This document shows positions 58,981 to 64,000 of a stretch of DNA of 64,000 bases, in pieces; position 1 is the stretch's first letter; each line of letters opens with the position of its first letter. A model generated the notes under the pieces. It searched no databases. It saw nothing but the letters and a program-made list of their open reading frames with translations, and had not been told where the DNA came from. Source of the DNA: Bdellovibrionales bacterium (lineage in GTDB: Bacteria; Bdellovibrionota; Bdellovibrionia; Bdellovibrionales; UBA1609); assembly GCA_965261545.1 (NCBI GenBank), contig CBDHDF010000011.1, positions 640,001 to 704,000 of the forward strand, written 5' to 3'. Both the position numbers and the translations under genes were made by a program.

Positions 58981-61126
58981 GTTTCTGTCCAGAAAGGCCC
59001 ATTTTTTGTTCTCTGACACTCCCCATTGAGCCTCCCAATGCCTCAATGGGGGAGTGAGAGTTGGAGATTTGCCACACAAACTCTACAGATTAAGGGGAAA
59101 AAGGTCTTTAAGCGACTTGCGCCCTAGTTTTTTCGATTTGAAGACGCACCCCTACCTTTGGAAGATTTTAGCACCTTCGACCTGGTCCATTGCTGTTATT
59201 CCTAATGGATAAATTTAGGTGACAGTTGATAATTCATGTCTTGCCAAGACAACAAAATTATAGGCACAAACGGCATTCTTTACATACCTCTTAAAACCAT
59301 CATGCCCTTTCCAGTAAGCAACTCTCATACCAAAACATCTCTTAAGGAATGAAATAACAGCCTCTATTCCGGCTCTCCAATTGAGAAGATTTTTAAAGAC
59401 CCAAGCACTTTTAACCATCTTTAATATTTTCATTCCTTTTTTTTCTGGGAAGCAAACATCTTTAGCCCCCATCTCTTTGGCCTCTTCAAGATTTTCTTTT
59501 GAAGCAAACCCACCATCTGCACTTACTTTTACAGGGCAAGCCCCATAGGTTTGTGTCACTGAATTCATAACTTTTAAAAACATATCAGAGTCTGCGGGGT
59601 TGCCATCAGGGATCTGACAATCTAAAATCATGTTGCTTTGCCCTGAGGTCAGAAAGATTTTATGCCCAAACTCGACTTCTCTTTGCCCCTTTACAATAAT
59701 GTCTGTATGCGGTTCAAAGATGGATAGGACCTTTTTTTCAGAAGATACTTTTTTCCCCTCAATAACTCTTTTTTGAGTTTGAAAGATGATTTTTTCCAGG
59801 TAGAAGGCAACATTTTCTAACTGTTTTAGACTCTTTTTCAAAGCATTCATCTTCACACATTTTTGTTCTTTTTTTATCTTTCTGATGGTATCAGGTAATC
59901 CTTTGTTCAATTTGGTAGCGATTTTTAAAAGCTCCTTATAGCAAGGTAGTCTTTCCGCATCATTTTTGGAATTATTAATTTTGTAAAGCAAGGTTTTTGC
60001 TCTCTTAAGATCTTCTCTTGAAATAAGTCGCCAAAAATCTTTCATGACATTTTTACGAACTTTTTTAAATTCTCTTTCTGTAACTCTTATGCAGTCATAT
60101 AAAAGCGATGCATCCGTTGGATGATGAATATTTGATTTCGTCACTGTACTGTCCAATCTCATTTTCTTACACGGCTCAATCTTTTGATCTCTTGCATCTG
60201 AAACTAAAGAGGCGCTAATAATTCCCCAAGTTTCTTCACTTATTTGAACAATCAAGTCCTGTAAGGTGGAGTGAGCGTAATTTTCTTCCAATTCAAGGCC
60301 CAGAAAAGCTCTGGTGGATACTGAATCGACAAGATTAAAGGCTAACGCACGATAGGAAAGACCTCTTATGGATTTAAGAATAGCCACCTTGAGAACTTGC
60401 TCCGATGTCATACCAATATCACCAGAATCTTTCTTTTCTTTAACAAGGTCTTCATGAACCATATGGGCAAACTCTGGATGGCGATCAATGATGTTATTAA
60501 TTTGCTGCAATTCTGTACTGAGTTGGTGGTTAGGATATTGGGAAAAGAGTCCCAACTGTGTCTTCTTCAAATGGCGCATAGTACCCCCTTTGGTGAAAGT
60601 TTCTCTTTAATTTTTATATTAACATACGTTTTTTTGAGGGAAAAAAGTGAGCAAGGATGTCTTTTAAGAAGAAAAAAATCAGAGAGGTTCTCGGAGAACA
60701 TGGATAAGAATTCTACCTCATAGAGAGGTTCCCACGCCTCCTAAAACCTACATAAAAAATAAATGAAGAATAAAATATCAAAAATTATTTCTCTGAAAAA
60801 ACACGTCAAGTATTTTTTGAAGTTGATGCGCAACGTAATGTTATTTCCCTGAAGGAGGTTTGAAATCACCACGGTGGAAACACAGGTTGATCCAACTCTT
60901 CCTCTCATATCAAGTAACCAGTTGATAGCCACATAAGTCACTGAAAGGGAGGGGCTGTGAAAGGTTCGTCAAGAGAGGGGGGGGGAACTTATTTTATTTT
61001 TCCGTTTTATGTAAGTAACTGAATTTACACGGATTATGTTTGATGGACTCCATTTTAAAGCATAAAATCTAAAGGGAAGGCATGTAAATACTTAAAACTA
61101 CTTAACTTTCTTCCCTGGACAGGAAC
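58981..61126 (-). mobile_element. ISNCY/ISDol1-like insertion sequence, intact inner copy, 6-bp target duplication TACCTA
   Basis: cccTACCTA | IS | TACCTActt; removing it restores IS3 YPYLLKGLNI..PNQVW. Confidence 0.95.
59215..60579 (-). CDS. Intact DDE transposase (454 aa), ISNCY/ISDol1-like
   Basis: RLDST, ADGGFAS, WRAGIEAVISFLKRCFG. Confidence 0.93.
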   Translation of the reverse strand: MRHLKKTQLGLFSQYPNHQLSTELQQINNIIDRHPEFAHMVHEDLVKEKKDSGDIGMTSEQVLKVAILKSIRGLSYRALAFNLVDSVSTRAFLGLELEENYAHSTLQDLIVQISEETWGIISASLVSDARDQKIEPCKKMRLDSTVTKSNIHHPTDASLLYDCIRVTEREFKKVRKNVMKDFWRLISREDLKRAKTLLYKINNSKNDAERLPCYKELLKIATKLNKGLPDTIRKIKKEQKCVKMNALKKSLKQLENVAFYLEKIIFQTQKRVIEGKKVSSEKKVLSIFEPHTDIIVKGQREVEFGHKIFLTSGQSNMILDCQIPDGNPADSDMFLKVMNSVTQTYGACPVKVSADGGFASKENLEEAKEMGAKDVCFPEKKGMKILKMVKSAWVFKNLLNWRAGIEAVISFLKRCFGMRVAYWKGHDGFKRYVKNAVCAYNFVVLARHELSTVT

Positions 61127-61648
61127 TACCTACTTAAGGGGCTTAATATCTGCTCCCCCAACCAAGTGTGGGCTACTGATATTACTTTTATAAGGTTGTC
61201 TGGTGGCTTTGCTTACTTGGTAGCTGTGATAGATTGGTTTAGCCGATTTGTTCTGTCTTGGAGACTTTCTAATAGCCTTGAGACAACTTTTTGTTTAGAA
61301 GTCTTTGAGGAAGCCATAGAAACATTTGGTTGCCCTGATATCGTCAATACTGATCAAGGGTGCCAATTCACTTCTGAGGTTTTCACAAAATTATTGAAAA
61401 ATCATGGAATCTCGATCAGTATGGACGGCAAAGGCAGGTGTTTAGACAACATCATGATCGAGCGGCTTTGGCGGTCTGTTAAGTACGAAGAGGTTTACTT
61501 GAAAGGCTATCAAGACAAATCAATGGTTCAAGCCAACAAAGGTTTTAAAACGTATTTTAATTTTTATAATAATAAAAGGCCACACCAGTCTCTTCAGGAT
61601 TGCACCCCTTATCAGGTGCATATGGGAGAGGTGGATTTAACACATTAA
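61127..61648 (+). pseudogene. IS3 OrfB integrase core, 3' part
   Basis: WATDITFI, NTDQGCQFTS, SMDGKGRCLDNIMIERLWRSVKYE, RPHQSL. Confidence 0.93.
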
Positions 61649-61721
61649 CACGGGGCTTCTTTGTGCGCTGTGGTGTAGCTTAAAAATCAAGTTTTTCAGT
61701 CTGACATTGGGGTCCACCTCA

Positions 61722-62178
61722 GTTTGGGCATAAAATCTTTTTGACCTCAGGGCAAAGCAACATGATTTTAGATTGTCAGATCCCTGATGGCAACCCCGCA
61801 GACTCTGATATGTTTTTAAAAGTTATGAATTCAGTGACACAAACCTATGGGGCTTGCCCTGTAAAAGTAAGTGCAGATGGTGGGTTTGCTTCAAAAGAAA
61901 ATCTTGAAGAGGCCAAAGAGATGGGGGCTAAAGATGTTTGCTTCCCAGAAAAAAAAGGAATGAAAATATTAAAGATGGTTAAAAGTGCTTGGGTCTTTAA
62001 AAATCTTCTCAATTGGAGAGCCGGAATAGAGGCTGTTATTTCATTCCTTAAGAGATGTTTTGGTATGAGAGTTGCTTACTGGAAAGGGCATGATGGTTTT
62101 AAGAGGTATGTAAAGAATGCCGTTTGTGCCTATAATTTTGTTGTCTTGGCAAGACATGAATTATCAACTGTCACCTAA
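61722..62178 (+). pseudogene. Outer ISNCY transposase, 3' part
   Basis: Resumes FGHKIFLTSGQSN...HELSTVT. Confidence 0.92.
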
Positions 62179-62336
62179 ATTTATCCATTAGGAATAACAG
62201 CAATGGACCAGGTCGAAGGTGCTAAAATCTTCCAAAGGTAGGGGTGCGTCTTCAAATCGAAAAAACTAGGGCGCAAGTCGCTTAAAGACCTTTTTCCCCT
62301 TAATCTGTAGAGTTTGTGTGGCAAATCTCCAACTCT

Positions 62337-62376
62337 CACTCCCCCATTGAGGCATTGGGAGGCTCAATGGGGAGTG
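62337..62376 (+). terminator. Strong subterminal hairpin in the ISNCY right end (mirror copy ~59017-59056)
   Basis: cactcccccattgag...ctcaatggggagtg. Confidence 0.6.
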
Positions 62377-62539
62377 TCAGAGAACAAAAAATGGGCCTTT
62401 CTGGACAGAAACTAACTAAAAGAGGCCAATTATATAGACCAGCGAAGCTGTCCACCGAGTTGCTTCGTGCAAAGAAGTGGGGGTCTAGATAAGATTCATG
62501 GGCGTGGGTGGGGAAGCAAGGCGCCCCCATGAATGTTAA

Positions 62540-62839
62540 GAAGATGAACCTAAAAAGCCCAGCCATAGGCATTGGTCATGTTAAAGAGCGACCTTTAACT
62601 GTTGTAGAGGCCATGAGGGAACTCAAGGAAGTTAGGGCTATCCCTGTTAAAATTCGTGATCAAGTCATTTGGACCCGCACAGATATCACTGGCAATGCCA
62701 ACTCCTTATTTAAAGCCGCAGGCGTCCCCATCCCTCCCAGAATCCTTAATGCCCACAAGTGTGGATAAACAAAATACAACTATATGCGTTAATCCTTTAA
62801 TATCATTCGTTTGACGCAGATGCTGCTGTCAAACTCGGG
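62540..62839 (+). pseudogene. 3' remnant and right end of an IS1634-like transposase element
   Basis: EAMRELKEVRAIPVKIRDQVIWTRTDITGNANSLFKAAGVPIPP; terminal ...GTCAAACTCGGG. Confidence 0.6.
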
Positions 62840-63102
62840 AGGAGCATTTTCCAACCGGTCTTGAATTAAGAGTGTCCAAATAGACGAATCATAGGAATAT
62901 GTTGTTTTAGAGATGTAAATAAAAAGCCATTAACCATGAAGAAGAAGTGCTAGAAAGAACTTGGTGAGAGATTTCGGAAGGACGGGTGACCGTATGCAGC
63001 AAAAGATGGTAATTTTTTGCAACATGGATAGGTATATTTTCTTGACATACTTTTTCATAGACGAATGGCATTGATGTATGGTGTACTTATGAGAACTAGG
63101 AT

Positions 63103-63882
63103 TCATTTCTTGAGGTCCTTTTTTTTCAAATTTTTCAAAAGCAGTCCACCTAGAAAAATAGTGGTGATAAGAATAAAGGCAGCTATCACCAAAGGGGGGA
63201 ACCTAGAGCTTTGAGTAGGCGTTTGTGATCCTTGGGTCTGGGGGGGGGATCTCTGGGCTGAGAGCTGAGGCGAGGAGGGCTGTGATGGCTCTTTTGTATA
63301 TGACGGAGATGAATGGGGCGGGTTTATGGTGCCTAGTTTTTTAAGGCGAGTGTTGAGAATCACACTTGTAAAATATGGTTTCATCACTTCAAAAATGTCT
63401 TTATGGGCCGAAAGCTGTAGAAGAATGGAGACGCCTCCGTTGACGGTCACCATATATTGAGTGTAGTAATTGGGAACCTCACTTTGAAAGTGAAGGGCTT
63501 CCACCCAAGTCACTCGATTGACACTCACCTTTTTTACATAAATAACCTTGGAGACCAGAGAGCGCCCCGATTTAGAGGTTATATACTTTGAGCTTTTAAA
63601 GTGACCTAAGAAGTTTTCAATGTTTTCTTCAGGCAGAGATTGCTTGGCTAAAAAACTCGCCACCAAACGAGTGTCATAGCCCTTGAGAGTGCTTTGACAA
63701 ATCCACTGCTGGTCTGCCAATTTGCAAGTCCAGTCATCGGGCACTTTGGTGATGAGGTATGAAGTTTCTAGGGGCTTTGCCTGTAGGGAGAGAGATATGG
63801 CTAGGGGTAGTATCCATAGAGAAAATAAGGAGAAAGAAGAGAAGAAAAGAGAAGAGAAGGGTCTTAGGCGAATCTTTCTCAT
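63103..63882 (-). CDS. Secreted protein with Pro/Ser/Gln linker and C-terminal TM anchor plus basic tail
   Basis: Signal peptide (LQA-K), WTC...WIC motif, linker, hydrophobic helix, KNLKKKDLKK. Confidence 0.75.
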   Translation of the reverse strand: MRKIRLRPFSSLFFSSFSLFSLWILPLAISLSLQAKPLETSYLITKVPDDWTCKLADQQWICQSTLKGYDTRLVASFLAKQSLPEENIENFLGHFKSSKYITSKSGRSLVSKVIYVKKVSVNRVTWVEALHFQSEVPNYYTQYMVTVNGGVSILLQLSAHKDIFEVMKPYFTSVILNTRLKKLGTINPPHSSPSYTKEPSQPSSPQLSAQRSPPQTQGSQTPTQSSRFPPLVIAAFILITTIFLGGLLLKNLKKKDLKK

Positions 63883-64000
63883 GGGTTCCTGCCCTTTTTT
63901 TTCTTAAGAAAAATATAGACTCCTCCAGTCATCAATAGCAGAGCGAGAAAAAGAATCACTTCATTGGATTGTTTTTCTTTTCTCTGGTTGGAGGGGTTGG
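63879..64000 (-). CDS. 3' end of an upstream gene with the same TM + basic tail architecture (partial)
   Basis: ...NEVILFLALLLMTGGVYIFLKKKKGRNP*, with ATGA overlap into the next gene. Confidence 0.65.
   Translation of the reverse strand, partial: NPSNQRKEKQSNEVILFLALLLMTGGVYIFLKKKKGRNP

Larger units (their letters stand above)
58291..61721 (+). mobile_element. IS3-family element (1279 bp when the inner insert is removed), 3-bp target duplication GTT
   Basis: IRs TATAGTGGACCCCAAAAACAGACTG / CAGTCTGACATTGGGGTCCACCTCA; flanks gaGTT | GTTtggg. Confidence 0.93.
56833..62412 (+). mobile_element. ISNCY/ISDol1-like insertion sequence, outer copy (2146 bp when inserts are removed), interrupted by IS3
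   Basis: Ends GTTCCTGTCCAG / CTGGACAGAAAC; near-identical to the inverted copy at 58981-61126. Confidence 0.93.

Noticed and set aside
61017..61044. TTATGTTTGAT resembling the XerD arm of a dif site
   Set aside because: No matching XerC arm at 6-bp spacing; it lies inside the IS leader.

Overview
Bacterial chromosomal segment, probably Bdellovibrionota/Bdellovibrionaceae-like. This is inferred from memory of the RpoA N-terminus (MQQHYYKFW...), the enhancer-binding protein and the gene content, not from a search. Positions 1-54.8 kb are mostly housekeeping. They include a minus-strand run of pseudo-histidine kinase, degenerate GGDEF, alr, mlaEFD, purH, TPR protein and hutI; then speB, ssb, fur, aceE, tonB, PP2C, M23, truA, rplM-rpsI, a class 3 asparaginase with RidA, and several orphan secreted proteins. 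The S10-spc-alpha ribosomal cluster follows and lacks rplX, rpsN, map/infA and rpsD; after it come a sigma54 activator, alaS and menA. Positions 55-62.9 kb are a mobile-element pile-up: a hairpin repeat interrupted by a group II intron 5' fragment, an internally deleted IS4, a three-layer nest (ISNCY/ISDol1-like containing an IS3 containing an inverted copy of the same ISNCY), and an IS1634-like remnant. Many conserved enzymes carry low-complexity or tandem-duplication loop insertions. No rRNA, tRNA or CRISPR array was seen. All family calls come from motif recognition by eye.
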